NCBI GenBank assembly: GCA_035626705.1
Contig: DASPNE010000005.1
Span: 45,929 to 109,928 of the forward strand
Source of the DNA: Usitatibacter sp.
GTDB taxonomy: Bacteria; Pseudomonadota; Gammaproteobacteria; Burkholderiales; Usitatibacteraceae
Direction: 5' to 3'
DNA: 64,000 bases
This document shows positions 27,119 to 36,265 of this stretch, piece by piece. The position numbers and the translations under genes were made by a program. Every line of letters begins with the position of its first letter. The first letter of the stretch is position 1. The notes beneath the pieces are model-generated. The model did not search any database, was not told where the DNA came from, and saw only the letters and a list, made by a program, of their open reading frames with translations.

Positions 27119-27940
27119 CTAGAGAAAGCTATCGCTGCGAAGCTTGGCTACGTACGCCAAGAAATAGCGCTTGTAGACCGGAAACGTCCTGAGCGCCAGC
27201 ACGCCGGCGTCTCGTGTTCCAGCCTTTGAAAGGGCCTTCTGGAGATCCTCATCCACGAGTCGGTGCGATATCTCGTACCCGACAAACGTCTTCAACGGAA
27301 ACCAGAAGTCGCCAGCAGATTGGGGCCTGCCCGATCGCTTCGGAATTCCCATCCCAGACGTGATGATCCGCCGAGCAAAGGGACGCTCGACGAAAGACGT
27401 GCCTTTGATGATTCCATAGGGCGAGTTCCGATGGCGCTCCGTACGATGATGGCCGCTTCCCGGGAACATCCGCTCGACGGCTTCGCGTGGGTAGACGCCA
27501 ATCTCGACGGTATCCAAGAGCAGCGGCATTTGATGAAACGTCGCGCGACGTATGGCCTTTAGCGCTTCGGTTTGTGGCGTCCATCCAGAAAACAGCCGGG
27601 CCGCCCACGGCTTTCCCGTGTTCCGCTTGTATTCGACCCGCATGACTTCGGTGAGCTGTTGGGTCTTACCAACGTACTCCTCGAACGAACGTCGATACTT
27701 GGCCGGCTGGCGTCTAGAACGAAGTAACTCGCGATAGGCGCGCTCCAGCTCGAGATAGACAATTTCCGAATCGTGGGGGTCACATCGGATTCGATCCAAC
27801 AGGCGCGCCATGGCCCATTGTCCATCACTCTTCGTAGAGTGGTCTAACGCGCTCGCCTTCGGCACGCCAGACAACACCGCCACCGGGTGCCGGTAGCTCA
27901 CCTGATGAGCTTGGAGCAGTATACGCTCAGTGGCAGCCAA
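27119..27940 (-). CDS. Hypothetical protein (island cargo)
   Basis: The ORF is open from TTG 27940. ATG 27811 (MARLLDRIRCDPHD..) is a more conventional start and would leave a 150-bp divergent promoter region. No family recognised. Confidence 0.5.
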   Translation of the reverse strand: MAATERILLQAHQVSYRHPVAVLSGVPKASALDHSTKSDGQWAMARLLDRIRCDPHDSEIVYLELERAYRELLRSRRQPAKYRRSFEEYVGKTQQLTEVMRVEYKRNTGKPWAARLFSGWTPQTEALKAIRRATFHQMPLLLDTVEIGVYPREAVERMFPGSGHHRTERHRNSPYGIIKGTSFVERPFARRIITSGMGIPKRSGRPQSAGDFWFPLKTFVGYEISHRLVDEDLQKALSKAGTRDAGVLALRTFPVYKRYFLAYVAKLRSDSFL

Positions 27941-27961
27941 CTGAGGAAAGGCGAGATCGAG

Positions 27962-28225
27962 ATGAAACGCAAGCGGCGGGATGAGGACTCCGAGATCGCG
28001 GAGATTCTTGGGCCATTTCGCCGAGCTGCGGCCACGGCGTCGCTCGGACTAGTGCTGGGCCTGGGATGGGTCGTCTGTGCCATCGTGGGGGCCGCGGAGG
28101 CAGGGGTGGCGGCGCCAGTCGTCCGGCTGTTCACCACGGTCTTTGGCTGGGGTGCGCTCGGACTGCTGAGCCTGAGTATTGTCCGGTTCAGCTGGGCATA
28201 TCTGAGACTGAGGTTTCCAGGTTAG
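27962..28225 (+). CDS. Small two-TM membrane protein (cassette gene A1)
   Basis: ATG 27962 after AGGAAAGG. MKRKRRDEDSEIAEILGPFRRAAATASLGLVLGLGWVVCAIVGA...FGWGALGLLSLSIVRFSW. The ORF is open from 27887. Confidence 0.55.
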   Translation: MKRKRRDEDSEIAEILGPFRRAAATASLGLVLGLGWVVCAIVGAAEAGVAAPVVRLFTTVFGWGALGLLSLSIVRFSWAYLRLRFPG

Positions 28226-28261
28226 TTCGGACGAGTTGCGCGGCGGAGGAGGGCGCAGGGC

Positions 28262-29074
28262 ATGGAATTGATCGTCGGCGTCTTTGTGATCGTCGTCTTG
28301 TGGCTTGGTGTGAAAGCGCTTGCCACTCTCGGGTCGGAGCCGAAGAGCGACGCCTCTAGAGGAGGGGCCAAGCGGGTCGAAGCCACGAGCAAGCAATCGG
28401 TCCTTGACTCAAATATCGGATGGTTGCGTGAGCGATGGGTAGAGGCTGAAACGGCGAAAGCGGCGGGCGCCTTGAGTTACTTCCCGAAATGGTTCTTTGA
28501 TCCGGCGACGGATAAGCAATTGACCCGGTTGCAGAGGATGGGTGTTCGCCTGTCGGGAGGGGAGCTTACGAAGGGCGCAGCCTCCGACATCATCGGCCTG
28601 TTTGAGGATCCGGAGAGCTCCGATATGGATGTTCTAAAGTTCTTCAAGATGAAGTTGTCGCCGGAGCAGAAGAACGAGACGCGAGTCCGTCACGAGATCA
28701 GCAAGCTCTTCCAAGACCCGGAGAAGCTCACTGCATGGCGCGGCCGCCCTGCAGATGGGATGCAGAAGGAGTTCTATCGGTTCTTTTCACTCAAGATCCC
28801 GTCTGGGCTGACATACGAAGAAGCAGAGACGACGATTCGAGAAGCAGACATACCGGACGCCGAATTTGATGCTTGGCGGGATTTCGAGAATGTGTGTGAC
28901 GAGCTTGCGGATAGAAGCACGCTCGAGGACTACGGTCTACGCAAGCCCTCCTTGCCGGTCATCCGCGCTGCCTACGATGACCTACGAAAGACGGCACCTA
29001 AGGACGCCAACGACCCAATGTCGGTTGCAGAAAAGATACTGCAATTGAAGCCAGAGCTCGCGCGGGAGAGGTAG
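28262..29074 (+). CDS. N-terminally membrane-anchored hypothetical protein (cassette gene A2)
   Basis: 270 aa. GGAGGG lies 8 nt upstream. TM helix MELIVGVFVIVVLWLGVKALATL, then a soluble region with loosely repeated ~35-aa segments (..DKQLTRLQRMGVRLSGGELTKGAASDII.. and ..QKEFYRFFSLKIPSGLTYEEAETTI..). Confidence 0.65.
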   Translation: MELIVGVFVIVVLWLGVKALATLGSEPKSDASRGGAKRVEATSKQSVLDSNIGWLRERWVEAETAKAAGALSYFPKWFFDPATDKQLTRLQRMGVRLSGGELTKGAASDIIGLFEDPESSDMDVLKFFKMKLSPEQKNETRVRHEISKLFQDPEKLTAWRGRPADGMQKEFYRFFSLKIPSGLTYEEAETTIREADIPDAEFDAWRDFENVCDELADRSTLEDYGLRKPSLPVIRAAYDDLRKTAPKDANDPMSVAEKILQLKPELARER

Positions 29075-29076
29075 GG

Positions 29077-29730
29077 ATGCCCAACTGGCTGCTAAAGACG
29101 ATGGATCACCCTCTGTGGCGTGGTCTAGAGGGGGTCCACACGCTCGTCTGGGTCTATAGCACCTTAACCACCGGCGCCGTAGCTCGCGTTGGGTACCTGC
29201 AGGGGATGCCCACGATATGGATCGTCGTTGGAGCAATCGTTCTCTTTGTTCTGCTCATATCGATCGGATACGCAATCTACCTATACACGGGCTTCTACTC
29301 TCTGCATGAGGCATCGATCAAGGCTTACAACGAGCTGCGGCATTTGGGTCTCGGCGCACTCTCCAAGGGCTACTCGAACGTAGCTGGAAGTGACGCAGAC
29401 GGCGATGGTGTTTTGGACGAAGTGGGAACGCACTTGAGCCAAGTGGTGACGATCTACGGACGAGACCCTCCCGCGACAGTTCTTGACCCTCTGCCACTGT
29501 GGCTTTTCCCCCAAGGAAACATTTCCCAAGGCGCAAGAGAGTTTCGCCGATACGGTGAGACGACGGCGTTTTACAAGGACCTGGCGATTCGTCGAAGCGA
29601 TTTGCGCGTTGCCATCAAAGCCATTCGAGGGTACTTCGAGCACGAGGAGGCCGTACGCGAGGGGCGGGCTAAGGCGAAGGCAGCAGAGGCCGTAGCAGCC
29701 GGAGAATCGGATCCGGATGCGGCTTCATAG
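29077..29730 (+). CDS. Membrane protein, unknown function (cassette gene A3)
   Basis: 217 aa. Starts 2 nt after the A2 stop. Central TM helix TIWIVVGAIVLFVLLISIGYAIYLY and an acidic/Ala-rich tail. Confidence 0.65.
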   Translation: MPNWLLKTMDHPLWRGLEGVHTLVWVYSTLTTGAVARVGYLQGMPTIWIVVGAIVLFVLLISIGYAIYLYTGFYSLHEASIKAYNELRHLGLGALSKGYSNVAGSDADGDGVLDEVGTHLSQVVTIYGRDPPATVLDPLPLWLFPQGNISQGAREFRRYGETTAFYKDLAIRRSDLRVAIKAIRGYFEHEEAVREGRAKAKAAEAVAAGESDPDAAS

Positions 29731-29776
29731 CCCGCCGGCAACAGAAAATTCTAGGTGAGGTAGTGCGGGCGCCCTG

Positions 29777-30427
29777 ATGGCTTCTCGAAACGTCAAGCAG
29801 CGTCTTCTCGAAGATATGCGAGACGGGCTCCGACAATCGGTTGAGTACTTCAGCTCGAGCAACAAAGGCGAGCGAGAGCGCTGGTGTTGCCAGGAGTTTG
29901 TGCGGAACCTCAATGTTCGGCCCTGGAGTAGATCCTTTGTTTCACCCGATGAGGATCCGCCCGACGTCATCTATCGCGATGCGCGGTTCGAGGTAAAGGA
30001 GGTACTTGATGCTGGAAGGCGGCGTCACCACGAGTACCGTCAAGCGCTAGAAGAGGCGCTGGGCGCCAAGGACCCGGCGGAATTGATGAAAGAGTACAGT
30101 CCCAAAGACATCACGCCCCTCCAAGTCGGCGAACTCGTGCAGTCGCAAGTTCACAAATTGCGGCGGAAGTACGACCCCAAGCTCCAGCGGTCGCTAGACT
30201 TGCTGGTGTATGTAAACCTCTTGGAGACCTTGCTGGGCAGGGGTGCAATGCCCAATCCCGCGGCGTTTGAGAATTCCGGGTGGCGCTCAGTCTCAGCGCT
30301 CTTCGGGTGGAATTCGCTAGTCTTTTATGCGGAGCGGTCTGCTCCGAAGCTGATTCGGGATTCGGCAGGGGCAGTCGTGCTAAGAGCAAGAAAGCTGGTT
30401 GAGAGCCAGCCCAATCGAAAAAAGTAG
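29777..30427 (+). CDS. PD-(D/E)xK nuclease-like protein (cassette gene A4)
   Basis: 216 aa. ..ERERWCCQEFVRNL...DEDPPDVIYRDARFEVKEVLDAGRRRH.. gives helix-E, PD (D63) and ExK (E71, K73) in canonical order. It resembles what I recall of the DUF1780 putative endonuclease family (unverified). Confidence 0.6.
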   Translation: MASRNVKQRLLEDMRDGLRQSVEYFSSSNKGERERWCCQEFVRNLNVRPWSRSFVSPDEDPPDVIYRDARFEVKEVLDAGRRRHHEYRQALEEALGAKDPAELMKEYSPKDITPLQVGELVQSQVHKLRRKYDPKLQRSLDLLVYVNLLETLLGRGAMPNPAAFENSGWRSVSALFGWNSLVFYAERSAPKLIRDSAGAVVLRARKLVESQPNRKK

Positions 30428-30435
30428 GAACGGAG

Positions 30436-31026
30436 ATGCTGCCCGAGTTTTCAGAGACTAAGAGGATGTTTGCCCGGTTCTTCCAGACATACGCCCGGCG
30501 GCGTGCGCGGGCGGTGTCTCCGCTTGCTGAAGTTCAAGTTCGTTTTCTGCACGAGGGCAGAGGCATGAGGGTTGCGCGCGCTGATCAATCTCAATCGAGC
30601 AGTGCCGTCCAGCTCCTCTCCAGCACGATGGAAATCAAGTTCGATGAAATACCTGAACTGACCCTCCAGAAGACGATGGCCAAGTTCGACGAGATGATTC
30701 TGGATATGGTGCGCCAGCAGACGGGGTTCGCCTTGGAGCGGATCGGCGAGGAGATTCCAGACAGTCAGAGTGTCGATGCCAAGGGCAAGACGCTCGACGC
30801 CGAGCTCATGCTTCAGGTTCTAGAGACGCTTCAGATGGAGTTCCACTCCGATGGTCAACCCCACCAACTCCATGTCTTCGGGGGGCTCTTCACTGCCGAG
30901 CGGCAAAAGGCAATAGACGAGCAGTTTCAGAACGATCCCGACTTGCAGATACGGCTTGATGAGGTGATCGCAAAGAAGAGAGAAGAATGGCGTGCTAGAG
31001 AGGCTTGTCGAAAACTGGTTGGATAG
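30436..31026 (+). CDS. Hypothetical protein (cassette gene A5)
   Basis: 196 aa. AGGAACGGAG precedes the ATG, 8 nt after the A4 stop. No motif recognised. Confidence 0.6.
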   Translation: MLPEFSETKRMFARFFQTYARRRARAVSPLAEVQVRFLHEGRGMRVARADQSQSSSAVQLLSSTMEIKFDEIPELTLQKTMAKFDEMILDMVRQQTGFALERIGEEIPDSQSVDAKGKTLDAELMLQVLETLQMEFHSDGQPHQLHVFGGLFTAERQKAIDEQFQNDPDLQIRLDEVIAKKREEWRAREACRKLVG

Positions 31027-32617
31027 CGCCAGCGAGCGGAGCTATCAACGCTGCTTCTGCCAGATGCTGACCGGGCAGGGGTTTCACATCGTGCACAGCA
31101 CTGAGCACACGCCGCTTGAGTTCGGCAAGGATGTTATTGCGGTTTCTCCTGATGGCAAGCTCGTTGGCTATCAACTCAAGGGGCATCCTGACGGAACGCT
31201 TAAACCGCGGGACTTCGATAGCATTCGGGGCCAGCTGGAACAGCTTGCGACGCTGGCCGTAGCGATCGCGGGCTTTGAGGGAAGGGTTCCAGAAGAGTGC
31301 TACCTGGTTACCAACGGCGATATCGATGAGGCCGTCTATCACCAAATTCAGCTTCTCAACGCGAGCCTCGTTCAGCGCGGCCATCCTCCAGGAAAGATAA
31401 GAACAATTACGCGCGGGCAGCTGTTGGACTGGGCGCAGTCGCTTGGGCTGTCCCTATGGCCTTCCGAGATGCAGGACTTCGGAAATCTCGTAAAGCTGCT
31501 CAATTGCAGCGGAGATGAGATGTTCCCAGTCCAGATTTTTGATCCTCTTCTGCGCAATACGCTGAACTTCGAGGGCGAGCTCAAGAGCGCGGAATTGAGT
31601 CGCCGGGTGACGAGTGCGGGCGTAATGACTGCCGTAGCGCTTCATTCGTTCTCGCGTCAGAGGAACCATGTCGCGGAGATCACTGCGTGGACCATGTTTG
31701 CTACCTACTCGATTGCCGCTTGCGAGAAGAATGGCATCGACTATTCGAAGCATTGCAGTGAGGCCGTGCTTTCGGCACGAGATAGCATCTACGATCTCCT
31801 TGGACTGCTCTGCGAGGAAGCATCTGAGCGGAGAGTCATGTTCGAGGGTGATCCGTACAGTGAATTTGCTTTCTATCGGCCGCGGTTGCTTCTGATCTCC
31901 GCCCTCATGGCGGTCTACTGGATTTGGTCACAGGGAAGCACATGGACGCGGCCTCACCACAAGGCCCTCGTCGAGAAGCTCATTCCCCAAGCTCTCCCTC
32001 CTAGGTGGCTTTGGGGTGAAGGGGCGATCCCGAGTTTCTTGACTTACATTTGGTTTCGCAAAATGGTCGCGCCATCAGATGGCAACGACATGATCGTCGC
32101 GAAAGTTCTGGCGGCCCTGCTGCGCAACAAGTTAGGTGATGACGGAGAGCCGCTGGCATCCCCGTATTACGACGCGGAGGAGGTGGCGCAGCATCAATAC
32201 CGCGAGCTTCTTGGTTGTCCCGACCCATTCGAAGGTGACAGCTTCGAAGGTCATAGCTACTCATGCGAAAGCCTGTTGATGTGTCTCGTTCGGTCAGACT
32301 TGAAGATGGTTTGCCAGGAGCTCTGGCCGGATTTCACAAAGATCGGGCATGAGCGCGTTGTGCCGGATCAGGCCTGGCAGTTCGGCCTCTACCGTACGGG
32401 GGATGCAGCGACGAATGAGACGAAGATGTATCCGCCGATGATGCGATGGAGCGAGCTTCAGGAAATCTGTCAGGAATCCATGGCGATAGACGTTCCCGCA
32501 GCGTTGAAGGCCGACCCTGGTCTACTGCTGCTCTTTGTCAACCTCTTCCCGTTTCGCGCCACTTTCTCCGCAGTGAGGTTTTTGCACCGAGAGTTTGACG
32601 AAAAGACCGCTGTCTGA
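30992..32617 (+). CDS. Large hypothetical protein with Mrr-like N-terminal nuclease motif (cassette gene A6)
   Basis: 541 aa from GTG 30992, overlapping A5 by 35 nt (start uncertain). The N-terminus ..SERSYQRCFCQMLTGQGFHIVHSTEHTPLEFGKDVIAVSPDGKLVGYQLKG.. gives E..D47..Q61-x-K63, as in Mrr-type restriction folds. The remaining ~430 aa are helix-rich and unassigned. Confidence 0.6.
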   Translation: MLERLVENWLDSASERSYQRCFCQMLTGQGFHIVHSTEHTPLEFGKDVIAVSPDGKLVGYQLKGHPDGTLKPRDFDSIRGQLEQLATLAVAIAGFEGRVPEECYLVTNGDIDEAVYHQIQLLNASLVQRGHPPGKIRTITRGQLLDWAQSLGLSLWPSEMQDFGNLVKLLNCSGDEMFPVQIFDPLLRNTLNFEGELKSAELSRRVTSAGVMTAVALHSFSRQRNHVAEITAWTMFATYSIAACEKNGIDYSKHCSEAVLSARDSIYDLLGLLCEEASERRVMFEGDPYSEFAFYRPRLLLISALMAVYWIWSQGSTWTRPHHKALVEKLIPQALPPRWLWGEGAIPSFLTYIWFRKMVAPSDGNDMIVAKVLAALLRNKLGDDGEPLASPYYDAEEVAQHQYRELLGCPDPFEGDSFEGHSYSCESLLMCLVRSDLKMVCQELWPDFTKIGHERVVPDQAWQFGLYRTGDAATNETKMYPPMMRWSELQEICQESMAIDVPAALKADPGLLLLFVNLFPFRATFSAVRFLHREFDEKTAV

Positions 32618-32690
32618 CGGTGGGTACGATGCCGGTATGTTCGCGATCTCGGCCAAAGTCGTCGCGCGAAATTGAAGGAGATGGATAAGG

Positions 32691-33671
32691 CTAAGGCTGG
32701 GCCGTCGCGAATGCTTGTTCGATCTCCGCTAGCAGCTCTTTCCTCGTCGTCGCGGGAATCTCTGCATCAGGAATGTAAGTATCGAAGCTCGAGGTGCGCA
32801 CGCTGATCGAGTCGTCCAGCAAAGCGGGGAGATCCTCGACCCCTTCCAGTCTGTGGAACTGAATCTTGTGCGGCTGGGCACCGTTAGCGATCCGGATGAA
32901 GGCGACGATGTTGCGGATCGAGACGTCAATGAGCTGCAGCCCGCGGATCATCGGCTCGGGTTCCCAGTTCACAGTGTGCCGGCGCGATCGCTTGCTGCGC
33001 GTGCCTGGCACGTCGGGCCCGGCTCTCTCGATCGCGTAGAAGGTAGAGCCCGTGTCTGAGCCGCCGAGGTACTTCATCTCCTCAGGGGGCGGCGCAACTC
33101 CGAACTGGTGCTCCAAGCCGAATGCGATCTTGACCCCCGAGGATCGGATGCGAAACCCGTGTTTGAGGCTGTTGTACTCGGCCTGGCTCATCTCGTTGAG
33201 GAACTCGCCGGCGAAGATGCTCCAAAGCCGCCCGAACGACTCGGCCGTCTTCGGCCAGCCGTTCTCCTGCGTGCAATGCGCGAACACCCGCTGGGCCAGG
33301 CCCGCCCAGGTCCGATTCCACTGGGTGATCTCGCTGTGGAGCGTGGGATCGCCCTTCGAAATGCGCTCGATCACCCCGCGCAGCAGATCAGTCTTGGCGA
33401 GTGCGACCCATGCGTAGGGCGCCTGCGGCGCCTGCACCGCAGCGGCAGCGAGGGTCATCAGCGTCTCGATGCCGTGCAGGTAGGCCATGCGCGTAGCGGT
33501 GGCCACACGGCGCTTATGCTCGGCCGAGTCGAGCTTCTCTGCGTGCGCCTCGGCAAGGTAGCTGAAGAAGGCGGGATCGATCGAGTCCAGGAACTCTGTG
33601 GTCCTCGTCGCGGGATCAGGATCCCAGAGGCTGTACGGCTCGTCGTTGACGATGAACGAGAAATGATTCAT
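32691..33671 (-). CDS. Hypothetical protein (island operon B, distal gene)
   Basis: 326 aa, ATG 33671. No family recognised; no TM helix or signal peptide. Confidence 0.6.
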   Translation of the reverse strand: MNHFSFIVNDEPYSLWDPDPATRTTEFLDSIDPAFFSYLAEAHAEKLDSAEHKRRVATATRMAYLHGIETLMTLAAAAVQAPQAPYAWVALAKTDLLRGVIERISKGDPTLHSEITQWNRTWAGLAQRVFAHCTQENGWPKTAESFGRLWSIFAGEFLNEMSQAEYNSLKHGFRIRSSGVKIAFGLEHQFGVAPPPEEMKYLGGSDTGSTFYAIERAGPDVPGTRSKRSRRHTVNWEPEPMIRGLQLIDVSIRNIVAFIRIANGAQPHKIQFHRLEGVEDLPALLDDSISVRTSSFDTYIPDAEIPATTRKELLAEIEQAFATAQP

Positions 33672-33857
33672 TGCAAGCTCGATTTACCAGCTAGTTCGCC
33701 ATTCTCGCACCGACAAGCTCAGGTTCTTGGATCGTGTTCGCGGCTGTCATCGATTGCGACCAGGCGCAGATGGGCATGCCATCTCTCCCGGCCGCAAAGT
33801 AAGGCGAGTGAGGGGTGGGTATCTTGCGGAGCCCTCATGCAGCGCTATGCGCCCGAT

Positions 33858-35939
33858 CTAACCCCAGTCGACATCGGGATAGGCCGGATTCAATGACTTG
33901 ATCTCAGCGTGGATCTGCTGAAGGGCCGACTTTGTGTACTCGCGGGCCGTCATATCGACATTTCTAAATTCACCAAAGAGCATTCGAAGATCTGTTACGT
34001 GACAACCAAGGAAGGCAATGGTCTTGAGGGTTTTGGCGACCCGGATCAATCGCTTCGGATCCCGGTGCAAGAGGGGATACACGTGTTCGCCTCCGCTAAC
34101 CCAATGCGTTCCGTTGTTTTCCGCGGCATTGGCAAGCTTGTCAGCCAATCGATCGATCATCAGCTCGAAGAGGATGATGGTCGCATCAGGCGCCTTGCGG
34201 GAGGTTTGCTCATAGAGGAGTCCGAACATCGACGCGGCGCCATCGTCATATCGCGATTCCCAGAAGAGGGGCAAGTATTCCTCAATCTCCGCAAAGTGAA
34301 TGGCGTCCTGCTCCAGAACCTTCCAAAAGTGCCACGCCAGGGAAGATCGAATCGAATTCGAGCCGCGTCGAATTTGCTGTTGTAACAGGTTCTCGAAGGG
34401 GGTTGGATCGAAATCTCCTAAGTCCTCGTAATGATGCTTGCGGAAGAAGGCGAAGTACATGAGGAGGGCGGCGAGCTCGCGATCAAGGTAGTCGGCATTA
34501 GCATCGAGTAGTACAGAGAGAACCTCGAAGGCTTCTTGGGCCGTCAAGTCCCGGTAGTTGCCAAATACCTGGGCAAGGGCTCGCAAAACGCGGGGGAACT
34601 CGCGATTCGCTTGCAGCGCCTCAAACGCGAGCCGCCCAACCCGCTGCTGCTCTGCAGGTGCCCAGTCGAATGCTGAGCCATCGGAGTTTTTGGTGCACCT
34701 ACGCCTTTGCACGAAGCACTGCAGAACGTGTATTGCCTGTATGCGGATGTACAGATTCGGTTCGCGTAAGTATCGCTCGATGATATCGACGATCTCGCCA
34801 TAGAGATCAGGGCGGTTGAGTTCGACGATTCTCATCATGAGCCAGCAAAGATGCCCGCGAACCGTGGTGATGAGGCCAACATCCTCCCCCCGAAGGGTCT
34901 GTAGGTGGTAGTTGAATCGTCCCTCGGAATCGCTGGGGTCGTTTTCGCCAGAAGGATCGGGATCGGGGTCGTTACACAGGGCTCGCAGAATCCAGACTCC
35001 ATCCTCAATTGCGCCGTCCTTGACGAACTGCTGCGCGATACGAGCGAGGTTCTCACGCGCGTGTCTGTCTGCGAGCCAGTCCGTGCCGCCAACCGCGACT
35101 GTCCTGCGCTTCACGTACTCGAAAGCCCGCCTGTCGTTGTCTCCGAGCTGGCAACTCAGGGTCTCGACCAACAGAGGCGATACGTCGCCGTCGACGGACA
35201 CACTACGTATGGCGTCGTAGATCGTCCGTTCGAAGATCTTGCGGAAATGCCCTTGACCCGAGGTGAAGTAGACGAGATCGATATTCTCGAGTTTGCCGAA
35301 GTCGAGTTGCGTTAGAGCATGAATCGCATCGTTGCCTTCAACGAAGAATGCCCAGTTCTGTACAAGGATGATTCTCTCGTGCCCGCTCGTCGCCAGCTGG
35401 AGGTTCTTGGTTGGCAGGAGATCCAAGAAGGCTCGAAGCGAAGTCCCCTTTGAATCAACCCAACGCGCTTCAGCGGTGCCGCTGAAAGTGACGGTCTTCA
35501 GGCTGGGGATTCGACGATATTGAAAGCCGTCGGCCTCAAAATCGTCAGAGGTCGGGTTCGACGCGATGGTCGCCTCGAGACGATCAGCCAAGTCGATTGA
35601 GAAGGTACGAAGGTCTGCCTTCTTGAGCGTGAAGTACGGCGTGGAGATCAGGAAGCCCTCAATGCCTCGCCGAGTGAGCTCGTCTTTGAGAACTCCGACC
35701 ACCTCGCTCCACACTTTCTCTTTGGCAAGAGCCTTTCCGTCCTCCACAAGCCTGAAAATCTCGACGGCGACCTTTCTCCCTCCGGCATCCTCGAGTTGGT
35801 AGTCGAAGTCCTTCTTCGACGAAGGGTTGGGGCGGACGTCGCGACCGGTGATGGCGTACGAGGTTTGACGCACATCGCCGAGATGGCGCATGAATCTCTC
35901 TATCGCTTCCTCTTCCCACTGTTCTTTCGACGCAGTCAT
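33858..35939 (-). CDS. Large hypothetical protein, helical-repeat C-terminal region (island operon B, proximal gene)
   Basis: 693 aa, ATG 35939. The N-terminal ~230 aa are mixed alpha/beta (..KKDFDYQLEDAGGRKVAVEIFRL..). The C-terminal ~400 aa look like HEAT/ARM-style helical repeats. No NTPase motif seen. Confidence 0.65.
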   Translation of the reverse strand: MTASKEQWEEEAIERFMRHLGDVRQTSYAITGRDVRPNPSSKKDFDYQLEDAGGRKVAVEIFRLVEDGKALAKEKVWSEVVGVLKDELTRRGIEGFLISTPYFTLKKADLRTFSIDLADRLEATIASNPTSDDFEADGFQYRRIPSLKTVTFSGTAEARWVDSKGTSLRAFLDLLPTKNLQLATSGHERIILVQNWAFFVEGNDAIHALTQLDFGKLENIDLVYFTSGQGHFRKIFERTIYDAIRSVSVDGDVSPLLVETLSCQLGDNDRRAFEYVKRRTVAVGGTDWLADRHARENLARIAQQFVKDGAIEDGVWILRALCNDPDPDPSGENDPSDSEGRFNYHLQTLRGEDVGLITTVRGHLCWLMMRIVELNRPDLYGEIVDIIERYLREPNLYIRIQAIHVLQCFVQRRRCTKNSDGSAFDWAPAEQQRVGRLAFEALQANREFPRVLRALAQVFGNYRDLTAQEAFEVLSVLLDANADYLDRELAALLMYFAFFRKHHYEDLGDFDPTPFENLLQQQIRRGSNSIRSSLAWHFWKVLEQDAIHFAEIEEYLPLFWESRYDDGAASMFGLLYEQTSRKAPDATIILFELMIDRLADKLANAAENNGTHWVSGGEHVYPLLHRDPKRLIRVAKTLKTIAFLGCHVTDLRMLFGEFRNVDMTAREYTKSALQQIHAEIKSLNPAYPDVDWG

Positions 35940-36265
35940 GTCGCGAAGCTGGGTGCTCTGTCGGTCATGTGGTGCGGTCCTTATTCTGCCGGCCTAGTCG
36001 CGCCAGTTACACCTTCGCTAGCACCGCCATAGTGTGACTTTGCGAGTTACGGGTTTCGCCGTTGATTCCCTTGCCAGCTTGCTTGAAACTTGACCGCCCG
36101 TTTTGCGGCGGGTTCGCGCTGCAGCACGTTCCGCGTATACCCATATCTCCTGTGGTCCGCTCCTGCTAGTTGCGTGGACTCAATTAGAGCGAAAATGAGC
36201 GGGTTCCTGAACAGCTGCCCTAGCGCTTGCTCACGGACAGTCGACTATGAAGAGGCGGCATTGCC

